This document shows, in pieces, positions 46,426 through 58,739 of a DNA stretch of 64,000 nt (position 1 is its first letter; each line of letters starts with the position of its first letter). Below the pieces are notes generated by a model. It was not told the DNA's origin, did not search any database, and worked only from the letters and a program-made list of their open reading frames with translations. The position numbers and the translations under genes are program-made. The DNA comes from Amphiscolops sp. MND2022 (lineage: Eukaryota), in contig OZ076413.1 in NCBI GenBank assembly GCA_964187785.1, forward strand, positions 53,754,001-53,818,000, in the 5' to 3' direction.

Positions 46426-49400
46426 ATTCTCTCTTGTTTTGAATAGCGTGAGAGAACTTCAGTCAAAAAATCGTATTTCGAATGTTTTTCAACGAATTTG
46501 TAACAAGTTTAGGGTGTTAATGGCGGTGTGAAATATCCCAAAAATTGGAATACAAAACAACCAGCCACGTATTTTACTTTCGAACTTTGACAGATGGAGT
46601 TTCTTGAAAAACGTATTCAAAAAGGATCAAAAGTTCCTGTTTTTGAGGATCATGGTAATGTGCTTAAGGCGTTAGGCCTTCGTTAGTGCGGGTTCAGGTC
46701 CGAATTCCTCTCAGCTAAGCAAAGTTGGATTTCGAGCAAGCTCCTATTTCCTCTTGGAGTATAATGATCTGAGGTGAAAGAGCCATTGGCGGAGAGAACA
46801 AGTGAAAGAAACTCGGAGGGCAGCCAGACCGTAGAGTTAAATTGACATCTTAAAATCCACGGTCAGTTCACCATGTGGCTGGAACTATGGTTCTGTCGCT
46901 TGCTTCAGGGAAATTGTATCGAGAAATATACCTGTTTCGAAAGCCAAAATTGTGCGGCGTATTTCGGGAATTGACTTTTTTGCACTCTATTCTCAACTTC
47001 AGACTATTTTTGTTTATTGTGCTGCAGTTTTGGAAAATTTACGTGGGTACTGGTATTTACAGAGTTTAACAACAAAGCAGTTACGTACTTGACTTGACAT
47101 ACTTAAATTATGTATCACTTTTCGAAACAGAATTCCAAAATGAATCAAAAATAGTCAAATTTTTCACTTTTTCAAAGTTCTTTGCACTTTCATGGTGGAT
47201 TGAATACTTTTGAGCTCCAAAATTATGTTGTTGCTAGAACAGTTTTGGGCGGAAAATATGGTCAGCAGACGTCTCGGTCTACTATCTAGTAAGACTTGCC
47301 ATTTGTGAGTCTTGAGCAAGAAATTCTAATCCTGATTTTGGGTTATACTGATTCGCTTTGAAACCTTGATCATTAGCTTTTCCGCCGTGACTTTGCAGTG
47401 ATTAGTAATAGAAAACTGAAGTTTAAACAAAATGTTTTTAATTGTCCAACAAATGGTTCATTTGATTCTGTTGTTTGACTGTTTTGAGAATAACTTTGGG
47501 ATAAACTAATGATGCCATATCACATGTTTTTAATGACGTAACTGGAATGACGAAATGATTGAAATTTCTCCTTCCCAACCCGAGGGAAACATTGAACCTT
47601 TCTGAATGCATTATATATACAAAACATTTAGTGAACAATTCAGCAAAAACAGATGAGAGTTGACCGAATTTTATGTTATATTGGGACTTTTTGAAATTTA
47701 CTCCAAATGGTGAATAGTTCAAAAATGCGTTTTCAAACTCGAATTTTGCTTGCTCAACTTTTCTCCTGTATTGCTGCCCAAGTACGCCGGTAAGATGATG
47801 GAAAGAGCGTGAAATATCCAAGTGTCTTTTTTCACATGAAAAAAAGTCCACAGCTTTACCACTCACTGATTGCTTTGAAATACAGGCTTTCATGTTTGTA
47901 TTGTGAAATAACATCCGACTCAATTTTATATTGTTTTTTATTCTTTACTTATTCTGCCTACGCTGCAAGGACGTTGAGCGTGTTTTTGGGAATAGCAGCT
48001 AAAAACATGCACGGGGGAACTGCTTGGGGAAAAAGTGCGGAAGCTACCTGGAAGCAGAGTGAATGAAATCGTAGGGTGTCCTTTTTAAACCTTAAGTATT
48101 ATTCACTAGCCCCGCCCACCTCGTAAGTAGAATTGTTTTGCCTAATTGTTTACGACAGGATAAGAGTTTTTCTTCAGATAAACACTTGTTGAAGTACAAT
48201 CAAGTGCAGCTTTTTCCGAATTGTGTTCAATCTTGAATATACAAAGCAGCCGCCCAATTCAGGACTTGAATATGCTCAGCTTCTTTTGACGTTTAAAGCC
48301 ATTCTTAGAGGGGGCAATCCTTTTGAATATTGTCTTCCGCTATTCTTCAAATCCGCCGTTGTTTTCGCACATTGCCTGTGTTTCTTCTTCACCGCTAAGG
48401 CTTCTGTTTTCGAGCTCTGAAGTGATGGAAAAACGACAGCGTCATTAATTGAATATTCTTTCATCTTTTCTACTTTCTATCCTACTTTCTACTGCTCTAG
48501 TGGTGGCGTGGCGGTGCCATGGCGGTGCTGCTCCAATATTACATGTTTTAACGCAATCTTACCATGGTGGTAGCCTCATCTTCTTTGCTATGTGTATACA
48601 CCCTTTGTGTTTGATGTGAAAAACGTCGAGGATGAAAAGCCAAGAGCGGCGAACGTGAAACAACGCCATGCAAGATACGATTTGTGTTAGCGGTGGCATT
48701 AGCGATAAATTAGTTGGAAGCAACACAGAGAAAAAACGTAATGCTTATACAAGCGCCGCAACTTTATGCATTTTTCTAATCCTCGAAGTGTTTGATCGAA
48801 ACGCGAGGTTGAATAACAAGAATTGCTTCACGCTTTGTTCTGCTTCCAATGTCAACCAGTATTCTTTGATCTTGTCTAATTATGCGATAATTAAATTCCA
48901 TGTGAAAACAAAAAACAAGTTATCGACTTTCTCAACTGTTTTCTATACTCTTTTTCTTTATGTTTTTCTTGCTCTTTCCATATAATTGCATCACATTGTC
49001 GATATCACATTCACTTTCAAATTTTAGCTGATGTTTTTTCGTCAAGTTTGTTGATGTTGTTATTTTTACCCACTCTCAACCTCCGAATTGAAGGATGAGT
49101 ATGATTTTAAAATTCTTTCGATCTTCATTTTTTCATTATTATTATTGTAGATCGTTTCAAAATACTCATTAAAACGTTTCATCAATTCGACGAAATTAGG
49201 TTCTCGTATGGCCTGAACTATGATGACCTTTCTATCCGAAAGCCGGATACTTTTCAACAGAATTGAATGGAAGTTTCCACCTAGGTACTTTGCAGTCAGA
49301 GTGGTTAAAAAATTGCGAAAAGCAAATTTTCCAATAAAATTGGGGCAATAAGTTATTTTCCGGAATGTTATAAAAGTATTTTTGCAATGAGGTATTTTTC

Positions 49401-52398
49401 CTCCTCAATTATTTACTTTTTTTAGTTCAATATATTGTGAATGTTCATTGACTGTTTCTAAAAAAGTGCATTCTGACGCAATACCAGGTTTTTGTTTGAG
49501 AAGTATGATCGAATATTGTGGGTTTTCAAAAAAGCGCCGGTTTGCCTAAAAATACTATCAATGCAACCAGAAACTCATAAAGTCAGACCCACAGAAAAGA
49601 ATGATCATTATGGAAAATAATTGCTTTTGTTCGGCGATTATTTCTTTCTTCGATCCCGGTAATTTATTTGTATCTTCCTACAAATCAATACCATTTATAT
49701 AATGAAATGGAAATACTTAGAGAATTTTTTGACCCCCTTTTAATGGTTGCCGTCTTTTGATTGGTCCTTCGCCTCCGCTCTAAATATATTCCAACTCTTA
49801 ATGAGAACTGCAGAGAAGTCAGGTTCATCAACATTCATGCAGAGTTTCCGTCTTATATTTGATGGGCGCTTTTATTAACCAACGTTTTAACTAACCCCGC
49901 AAGCAGGGTTTTATTGTTATAAAGCCTTAAAATTTAGTACGTTTCGGGTGGCAAAACTTGTACAAGTATACTGCAGTTTCCACTAATTGAAATAAAACCA
50001 AATATTTTCCCCGCTTCATTACTGGCACGATCATGTTCTATTCATTCTTTGAATTGTCATCCGATGTGATCACCGTTTCCCAATAAACACGCTGAAGGTT
50101 ACCCTAGTTTGCTTTTACACTGTGTATCAAAACAATTTGCATTGAAGTGGCGGTTAAAGTACGAACATCTTAAAGCAATCAGAATAAAACTCCCTCCTAA
50201 TGAAACCTGACAAACTTCGAAGCGTAAAATTCAAAGCCGCCAAATTTGGAATGCTTCTTTCAAATGCCATCATCCTTCAATGGAATTTTCTAAAACTTTC
50301 TCGGAAATTTTCATGAGAAGGTTTTCCTCTGTTGTATCCGACTTTTATCAACCAGCTTGAAAGGAGCATTCTAGTTCTGGCGGCAGTTTTAAGCCTTGAA
50401 GTTTTACAGGTTCCATTAAGAAGCAGTTCTTTTTCGAAAGCTTCTTTCAAGAAGCATTTAAATTAGAGCTGCAGCTCTTAAAAAAGAGCATGCTTCTTAA
50501 TGAAACCGGCAAAGCTTCAAGGTATAGAATTGCCGCCAAATTTAGGATACCTCTTTCAAGCTGATAATTAAAATCAGTTACAACAGAGAAAAACTTTCGC
50601 ATGAGAGTCTCAGAAAATCTTCGGGAAAGACGGGGAAGCAACCTAGAGCATGCTAAAAACTTGGGCAAATTCGACCAGGGTAGGAAGTTTTAGAAAATCA
50701 TTTGGAAATCTGGCGTACCAGTATGGGAATTTGCGAACTAAACAGCAAGGTTACGAACTCTTCAATCAACGTCAAAAGTGAACAAAATTTTCCGATTTTC
50801 AACCCCATAAAACTTAGCAGCTTCTAATCACGCTCAGTACACTGTTTAACCTTGCATGTGTTTATTTGAAGTCTATACAGACTTTGCCCCAACACGGCTG
50901 GGGCGCCAAAGTTTCTATCGCGCTCTCTCAGCGCCACCAAAGTACATAACATGACGGGAACGTCTAACGTCGGCGCTTTATCTTAGGCTCAAAAAGAGCA
51001 GTTTTTAAAAAATGAGTAGAACGTTTTGATGAAAAACTACTGTTTTTGAACCTCCGCCTCCTCCTTACCAAAACGCAAAAAAAAACAGATAGAACGTCAA
51101 AAGTTCGGATATAGCACTTTACTCCGGATATTACAAGGATGAACTTCAATAAAAACGAAAGGGGGTCCTTTGAAGACAAAAAATTCAAAAAAGTCGCACA
51201 GTATCGAAAAAAAACTGAAAGGGTGGAGTAGTTTCGTATAGTCTTGTCTGGTTTTGTATGTTACGTTCGAAAAGGAATAAACGAAAGTGGGGACACTTTA
51301 TACTAACTTAGATGCGTTTCCGCTTGCCTGTCCAGAAGTTTAGTAAATCTGCAAAAAGTGTCCACTACGCATACATTCTGGTATCTACCGAAAAAAAAAC
51401 TTGCCACGAGAAATAGCTCGAAATCTTTTTTAAGAATATTCATTCGAAAAAATGCACGAAAACGTCAAACACTTTCGGATTTTTAGTAGGATCTTCTGCC
51501 TATTTTCTGCCTGGATTTCTTTTGGAGCTTAAAGAATGATAAATATTAAACCAAAAAGGTCGTAAAAACGAATTGTATGAGTTGAAGGAACTTTTTGTTC
51601 AATTTTGTACTTTTTTTGGTAGTGTTGTTTTTTTCGAAACCGTTATGGTAGCCACATGTATCAACCTTGATCCTATGAAATTTTTGATTTTGAAAACATT
51701 CGAAAATGTCAACAATTGGGAGTATGCCGTCGGTAAAAAAAACAAACATCAGACTGCTTCCATTCGGACTCACTCATTGGAAAATCTATTCTACAGAAAA
51801 GTTTGCGAATTGAACAAAAATTGGTACTAAGTTGTCGAAAAACAAGTTTTCTGCATTTTTGGTTTTTGGGGGTAACTTTGAGGCTGATTCTGAGAAGACC
51901 TCGTTTCAAAACCTTCAAAAACGACTACTGGAAATCAGTTTTTTTTTGTTGTTGATTTTTAAAGGTATTGTATGCCATGATAGAAAAGTTTATTTAGAAA
52001 AAACTTTTGGTCATTCTGAGGTATTTTTTAAAAGTTCCCTTTCAAAAAACATGCTGCATACCTAGTTGTGTCGTATCGATCAACTTATTCTACATTTGAA
52101 TAAAAAATCAATAACATTATCAAACAAGCCAGGACCGGCCCAAGTCGGCGCCATATCTAGGGCTCAAAAATAGCAAAAGGACTTCAATATGTCAAAGGTC
52201 CCAAATTGAATCATTTGGCCTAGCCAGATCCAGATAGGGCTGTACAGGCAATGCTGCCCTTAGCCCGCCACAAACAGATCGCGAATAAGTGCTCTCCATT
52301 GGCTTCTGTTCTGGGCTGTTTCTTTACACAGATCAAACCACTGTGCCTCCCACTTCTTCAGCGTCATCTTTGGAGGTTTTACAACTTTCTTCAGCTCT

Positions 52399-53703
52399 TC
52401 ACGGACAATTTTTCGCCAGGATTTGCGTACGCCGCCGGGATCTTCTCCAGTTTTCACCTTTTTCAAACTCAACTACTGCATTAGGAATTTCCCAGGACTT
52501 CATACGGAGTACATGTCCTAGCCATTTCAAGCGTCTCTTTTGTATGGTAGGGGAAGGAGGGTCACATTTTGCAGTAGGAGTGATCAATGAGTTGGGCAGG
52601 TCGTGTCCCTTACGGAGTATACGTCGCAGACAGCGGTTTTCGAAAGACTGTAAGCTGCTTAGGTCGGATTCCTTAACTGGCCAGCTCTCGCATCCGTACA
52701 GAAGAACACTTCTCACGCACGCTTTGTAGATTTTCACTTTTACTGGCTGTGGGATACTCCTCTGGTTCCAAACTCTTTTCAAATTGTTGAAACTACCTGC
52801 AGCTTTCCCTATCCTGGCCTTGATTTCTGGTGTTACATTTCCATCAAGTTGGATCTTGCTTCCAAGGTAGCTGAAGTCCTCGACTCGCTCTAGTTCTTCA
52901 CCATAGACGTGGAACTTCTGGTTGATGTCGTGGGCGCAGAATTTGGTCTTGCCGACATTTAAATGGAGGCCTACTAAAGCAGCGTAGCTGGTTACTTTAT
53001 CGAGTAGCCTCTGGGCATCTGTGCCGTTGTCGGCGAAGTCAAGGTCAGCAATTGTCATGTCATCTAACGCGACGCCTACATTTTCGTTTTCGAGAGCATG
53101 TTCCATGATCCAATCGATAACGATGTTAAACAGAAAGGGGGATAAAATGGAGCCTTGTCGCACTCCACTGAGAATGCTGAATTGGCGTGACATGGTGTTA
53201 TATACTCGGACTTGGCTGTAGGTTTCCGAGTAAAGCATTTGGAGAACGTCTAGAAGTTTGTCTGGTAGGCCAAGGTCTTTACAAAGACGCCAGATGCAGT
53301 TGCGATCAACGCTATCGAACGCGGCTTTGAAGTCTATGAAGATGAGGTTGGTCAGTCTCTTAAACTCTTCACGTTGTTCTAGAATCTGTCGTATTGCAAA
53401 GATTTGGTCCCTGCATCCTTTGTTCTTTTTGAAGCCAGCTTGGTTGGGGCGACCTTTGTATGCTGGTTCTAGTCGATTCTTTAAAACTGCTTCGAGGATC
53501 TTGAAAGCAATATTTAGAAGGGAGATACCTGTATAATTTGCGCAGTTTGTTTTATCGCCTTTTTTGAATAGGGGAACAATTACCGCGGTCTTCCATTCCG
53601 ATGGCATGCAGCATTTTGTCCAAATACATTGTAGGAGTTCGGTCAGCACCTTTTCGAGTGTGATACCACGGTCTATGTAGAATTCGGGGGGTATATTGTC
53701 CAA
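52399..53703 (-). CDS. Reverse transcriptase of the RTE element (likely inactive)
   Basis: NQAGFKK, FIDFKAAFDSV, GVRQGSILSPFLF. LDFAD-NGTD shows a deletion through the FADD motif. The C-terminus is frameshifted into 52260-52472. Confidence 0.93.
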   Translation of the reverse strand: MDNIPPEFYIDRGITLEKVLTELLQCIWTKCCMPSEWKTAVIVPLFKKGDKTNCANYTGISLLNIAFKILEAVLKNRLEPAYKGRPNQAGFKKNKGCRDQIFAIRQILEQREEFKRLTNLIFIDFKAAFDSVDRNCIWRLCKDLGLPDKLLDVLQMLYSETYSQVRVYNTMSRQFSILSGVRQGSILSPFLFNIVIDWIMEHALENENVGVALDDMTIADLDFADNGTDAQRLLDKVTSYAALVGLHLNVGKTKFCAHDINQKFHVYGEELERVEDFSYLGSKIQLDGNVTPEIKARIGKAAGSFNNLKRVWNQRSIPQPVKVKIYKACVRSVLLYGCESWPVKESDLSSLQSFENRCLRRILRKGHDLPNSLITPTAKCDPPSPTIQKRRLKWLGHVLRMKSWEIPNAVVEFEKGENWRRSRRRTQILAKNCP

Positions 53704-53870
53704 TCCGCCGGCTTTGTTTCTTTTCAGCTTGTTTATGGCTGGTTGTACTTCACTGAGTGTGGGCGGATCTGTGTTTATTTCGGAGAGGGGATTGTGTAGG
53801 TTTTTTGTCAGGTTGGCAGTGGCGGGTGGTGGTCGGTTCAGTAGCTTTTCGAAATGGTTAGCCCATTCTT

Positions 53871-55174
53871 CTATTCTTTGCTTTGCATCTTGAACCGGGT
53901 GCCGTCAGCATTTTTCACTGTTTCGCTGATAGCTGACCGCTTTCTTGCTAACTGCTTGACAACTGAATAAACCTTCCTCAGGTTTCCCGATTCATCTGCG
54001 TCGATCATTTCCTGGGCAAGACCATCATAGTTCATAGTCTTGTCTTTCCTAACTGCTTTCTTTATTTCCTTTCGCAGTTGGGCCTTTTTCGATCGATTTC
54101 GGGCTCGGGCACGTTTCTTGACTAGCTCAATGGTTTTGCTGCTGATCCATAAGTTCCTTCTTTGTTCAGATTTGCCGAGTTTTTTCTCCGAAGCTTGGTG
54201 AAGGATGGACTTTAGTTGTGACCATTTTGCTTCCACATCGTCACCTGTTTCTTTGGCAGCGTCAAACATTTCGCGCAGCGTATTTCTGAATTCTTCGGCT
54301 ACTTCGGGTTTGCGCAGGGATCCCAGGTTGTATCTGATAGTCTTTGCCTTTTTGGTATAGGCCTTCAGTCGCAACCGGATCATTGAGATGACAGGTTTGT
54401 GGTCCGTGTCAGTGAGGAAAAGTCTGGTGTTGTAGGTGTTGATCACGGAAGTTCTCCATCGTTTCGGTATTAGCATGTAATCGATTTGGTTTTTGGTTTT
54501 GCTGTCATTTGAGCGCCAGGTATATAGGGAATGTATTTTCTTCTGGAGTGTAGTGTTGGAAAGGACAAAGTCGTTTAGCACCGCAAAATTGGCCAGTAGT
54601 TCACCATTTGCATTTCTTGCACCTATTGCAAAACGCCCGATGTTTTGTTTCTCGCCATCGAGCGGCGAACCAATTTTGGCGTTAAAATCTCCACCAATGA
54701 TCAGAACGTCTTTGTTGGGGACATGTTTGAGGTACTTTTGTAGTTCCAGATAGAACCGTTCTTTGTCAGGTTCACTGCTGTCCTCGGTTGGGGCATATGC
54801 ACAAATTATAGAGATCGCAACTGGTGTTGCGTACAGCCTTATATAACACATCCTGGCTCCACATGCTTTCCATTCCATTACATGATTGGTTAGTCGGGTG
54901 TGAATACCGATCGCGACTCCGTGCATACCCTGTTGCTCATGGCCCGAGGCGAACAGTTTGTAGCTAGACACTCCCGTGGAGTCTTGGATGGTTTCTGTTG
55001 TGTCGCCTGCAATTCTGGTTTCCTGTAGGCACACAATATCGGTTTCAAGGCTCTTCAGATCGTCGGCCAGGAGGTGTTTTGCTTCAGGTTTAAGCAGTGT
55101 GCGAACGTTCCAAGTTGCTATACGTATCTTGTTGTTTGCTGGTTTGAGGGGGTTTTGAGGGGGCTCAAAGCTGG
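53871..55174 (-). CDS. AP endonuclease domain of the RTE element
   Basis: IATWNVRTL, VCLQETR, ICAYAPT, GGDFNAKIG, NQIDYMLI, TDHKPV; frameshift near 53890 into RT. Confidence 0.93.
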
Positions 55175-56903
55175 GGCCTAGCGAACTAACCAAAATTTTT
55201 TTCCTTTTTCAGCGTAACATACAATACCAGGAGAGACTAGAGGGTCCCACTTTCAGTTTTTTGGCATTGTGAGACTTTGTTTAGAAAAAAACCTTTCACC
55301 AAAGTGCCCCCTTCAATTTTTTTGGTGTTTTGCAACAATGGATGTTAACAAATCCGAAAGTGCCCCTCATTTAGCGCGCCAGAGGCCCGCTAGTTGGCCC
55401 CCGGCGCGCCAATTCGTTCCAGTTTTTTTGGTTTTTCAGGTACTGTAGAAGAGAATACTTTGACTCTTTGAAGTCCTTTTGCTATTTTTGAGCTTTAGAT
55501 ATGGTGCCGACTTTAGCCGGTCCCGGCTTGTTTATTCTAACACACGAAACTTAGCAAACAAAAGATTCGAACAATCTTCAATTCGTTTGCAAACGTTTGC
55601 AAAAGTCTGCTTCACAAGTGGTGACAGTGTCTGTTTGTTTGACTTTTAAAGCCTCGGAGAGTAGAATTACTTCCATGAAGAACTTCCCTTTTTAGGCATC
55701 TCTATAACCATATCACGGGTGATCTATTCCACAATTAACAGCTGCGAACTTTTATTTGTCGGAATCGGGACTCGCTGAAAGTTGACATTTTTTCCCAAAA
55801 CAAATTTGGACAATCTCGGGTCTGAAAAGTTGTTTCCGTTTGTCGCACAGTGAACAAAACGTTGGTGGCCTCCGGTGATATCGCCGGTCTTCAGAAGTAG
55901 AACAATCATCAGTTGAAAAAGATATCAGCGGAGTCGTAAATGTTGTAGACCCTAAGCTCTTAATTTTGCAATTGTTATTGTTTTTTATTGGAAGCAATTT
56001 GAAAACACGTATATGAAAGGTTTCCTGATCAAGGACTGATTATGAAGAATTTATTTCTCTATTCGTTCTTCATCTTTTGGATCTTTAAACAGTTGTTGTC
56101 TCCCTTGAAGGGTTACCAACATTACGTTCGCGTCAACTCTTGTAGCATTTTCATTTTTTCTGGTTGTTCAAAGTATTCATTTTTGGCACGCCAAGTACAA
56201 GCCATACACTTTAAAATATATATCCTTTTTTATATTTTTTAATATATCATTTTATCGGCCCGCTAAATATATCCTAGGAATGGATGAAATGGCTTGACAG
56301 TTTCACACAATTGGCTAAGCACAATGTTATTAGACGTCGCTTATGCGGTTTCAAAATACAGGACGAAGTGTTCGATTACTTCTTTTTTGTCTACTAAAAT
56401 CAAAAATGGCCTTGTCATGGAATAAATTTTTATTGAAAGCACACTCACAAAGCCACCTATTTCATCCGAGTAACATTGTTTCAGAAAATTATTTGAATTT
56501 TCGTTGTTCTTTACTTATTACCAGTGCTTGAGTGAACAAACAATTACTGATGTAATTGATAGGTTCGTTTCCCTTGCGACCTCAGACGGTGAATAAAAAT
56601 ACTGGCGTCTGGGGATGATATAAAATGCGACCTTCACATATAACTCGCTGAGTTTCAATTCACCGTAAACCGCCCTATACATCATGCGTTGTTTTCCTTT
56701 TCTTTCTTTCATGGTAAAGTTCGCTCCTTCAGTCGTCTTCAATAAGGCACGAGTTCTTGAAAAACGGAAGGTAGATTGAAATGCGTGAGGAGTCACTGTT
56801 CACTGTCGAACAAATGCTCAACAACTATATTGACATGATGAAAAGCGAGGCGAGCATAGATCCTCATATAAGTTAACGTGAGTAAAATGAAAGCACTGAA
56901 TAT

Positions 56904-58034
56904 TAGAGATGTACCGGATTCCGGAATCCGGTTCCGGAATCCGGTAATCCGGCCAATTTTCAAATCCGGAATCCGGTCCGGAATCCGGAAAATTTTGCCG
57001 GATTTACCGAACTTTTAACTTTAAAAAAATGTATTCAAGGGAAAAATTCTAAATTTAAATTTCATTATTGTAACAGAGGAATGTTATCATGTAAAAATAT
57101 GAGATTTCGGAAAGCTCTGGCGAAGACGGTTCCTGCGATCTGAGTTTATGTTGCCTGATATGCTGATCACCCTCTCACTTCGAACAGACGTTGGGGGAGT
57201 CGCAATAAATTCTTTAGCTAGTTTAGCTAAATTTGGAAATACTTTGTTATTCTTCCAATAGTCAACAGGATCACAAGAACGCTGCTCTTTCGCATCTGCC
57301 AGATAAGATTCTAGTTCTCCGCCAACTGTTGGGGTTGGATTTTTGTTTATCTCAAGGCAATCCCAGCATGATTTTTTAGCTGGGACCTCAATCTCGAGTT
57401 TAGATGGTCCACCACTTACTTCTTCAGCAACAACTTTGTGACCTTGTCTCATTCGCGCAGAGTTTGATGTCCACTTTCGAGTTGCGTCCATTACCTGAGA
57501 CATTGTTGGCTGATTGCACAAGTTGCTCGTAGATAGACTTGTCCCGGAGGTAGAAGTAATTTCATTCTTTTTTTCAAGTTCATATATAACTTCAGCAATT
57601 GGTGAACCAGCAGTAGTGGTGGTAAAATAATCCCAAATCCGCGAACATCGTTTGTCAGACATCTAAAATGCAGGCCGGTAATTGAATGGTGACACCGCAC
57701 AAGACAAAAGTTATTGCGACAGAAAAATACTTATCGATATATGCACGCAGTAGGGGAATTAATCTCTATTTGTAGTAAAGAACGAAAGCAATTTGCTACA
57801 TAATCGTAGGAAATTATATTAAAAGGTTTTGTTTGCTCAAGGACTAAAGGTGTACCCATATAATACATGTACATGTATTGAAGTAAGCGCCTCAATTGTT
57901 GCAGTCTTTTGTTGACAGAGAAAATAGTTTAATAAATCCGGAATCTGGTTCCGGAATCCGGAATCCGGCATTCAAAAATCATGTAAAAATCCGGTTCCGG
58001 AAATTCGGTAAAATTCAATCCGGTTACATCTCTA
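56904..58034 (-). mobile_element. Internally deleted hAT DNA transposon (1131 bp)
   Basis: TIR TAGAGATGTACCGGATT / AATCCGGTTACATCTCTA; 8-bp TSD ctgaatat/ctggatat; subterminal CCGGAAT arrays at both ends. Confidence 0.92.
57087..57662 (-). CDS. 191-aa deleted hAT transposase (N-terminus fused to dimerisation domain)
   Basis: SRIWDYF (start of BED) and ELESYL...DPVDYWKNNKVFPNLAKLAKEFIATPPTSVRSERVIS (hAT C-terminal dimerisation motif). Confidence 0.85.
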   Translation of the reverse strand: MSDKRCSRIWDYFTTTTAGSPIAEVIYELEKKNEITSTSGTSLSTSNLCNQPTMSQVMDATRKWTSNSARMRQGHKVVAEEVSGGPSKLEIEVPAKKSCWDCLEINKNPTPTVGGELESYLADAKEQRSCDPVDYWKNNKVFPNLAKLAKEFIATPPTSVRSERVISISGNINSDRRNRLRQSFPKSHIFT

Positions 58035-58080
58035 CTGGATATTGGAGCACGTTGACAAAGACAGCAACATTTGTCATTAC

Positions 58081-58478
58081 TAGGGCAACCAAAAAGGGCA
58101 ATAGGGGCAAAAAGGGCAGGAATACGGGTTAGGGGCAAAATGTTTAATAAAAGGCAAAATACATCGAATCTTGTACTTTTTCGTATAAAATCACCCTTTT
58201 CTGGGAAATACGAGTCGTGCCAGTTTGTGTACAGGAATTTCTCAGAAATAACCATTTAGCAAACTCAACAAGATGCCAGCCAAGGACCGTAATTTTGATG
58301 TTACAAATATCGAGAATTACATTTGCATTTATTGTAACACTTCACTTTAATAAACGAATTTGACTTTGTTAAATCCTCGTTTTAAACGCGAGCAGATAAA
58401 GGGCAAATTTTAAAATAAAGGGCGGCAAATAAAGGGCAAAATTTTAAAAAAAATAAAGGGCAAATCGCGGTTGCCCTA
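58081..58478. mobile_element. hAT-type MITE (398 bp)
   Basis: TIR TAGGGCAACC / GGTTGCCCTA; 8-bp TSD gtcattac/gtcatcac; aaagggcaa subterminal repeats. Confidence 0.88.
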
Positions 58479-58739
58479 GTCATCACATAAGCTTTGGTAC
58501 AGTGCTGGTTTGACCAAGGTCTCAACACTCCGTTGGAGAAAATCTGGCAAGCTTTCCGAAATCCGAGAGAATATTTCTAGGGTAACTAATGATTTTCGTT
58601 GAGGATGGGAGAACTGTTATTTCCCGACATCGTTTCTCGATTTTTCTCGCACAAGATAAAATATCATACATAAGTTCAGGGACAATCACTCTCGACGTAG
58701 GTCAATTTTCTTCCCCTTTTTTCAGAGAAGGCCCACAGT

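Larger units (their letters stand above)
52225..55174 (-). mobile_element. RTE-clade non-LTR retrotransposon, 5'-truncated, 2.95 kb
   Basis: TSD GGCCTAGC at 52217-52224 and 55175-55182; APE then RT; RTE-type C-terminus AQNRSQWR; 3' end atctggatctg. Confidence 0.88.
52122..55533. mobile_element. MITE with about 75-bp TIRs, interrupted by an RTE LINE
   Basis: aaacaagccaggaccggcccaagtcggcgccatatctagggctcaaaaatagcaaaaggacttc at 52122, with an inverted copy ending at 55533; about 450 bp without the LINE. Confidence 0.8.

Noticed and set aside
47438-49300. 161-aa ORF and neighbouring AT-rich frames as viral or Polinton genes
   Set aside because: No diagnostic motif; consistent with chance or unidentifiable decay
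56904-58034. CCGGAAT arrays as satellite or CRISPR-like repeats
   Set aside because: Explained as hAT subterminal repeats inside the TIR/TSD boundaries
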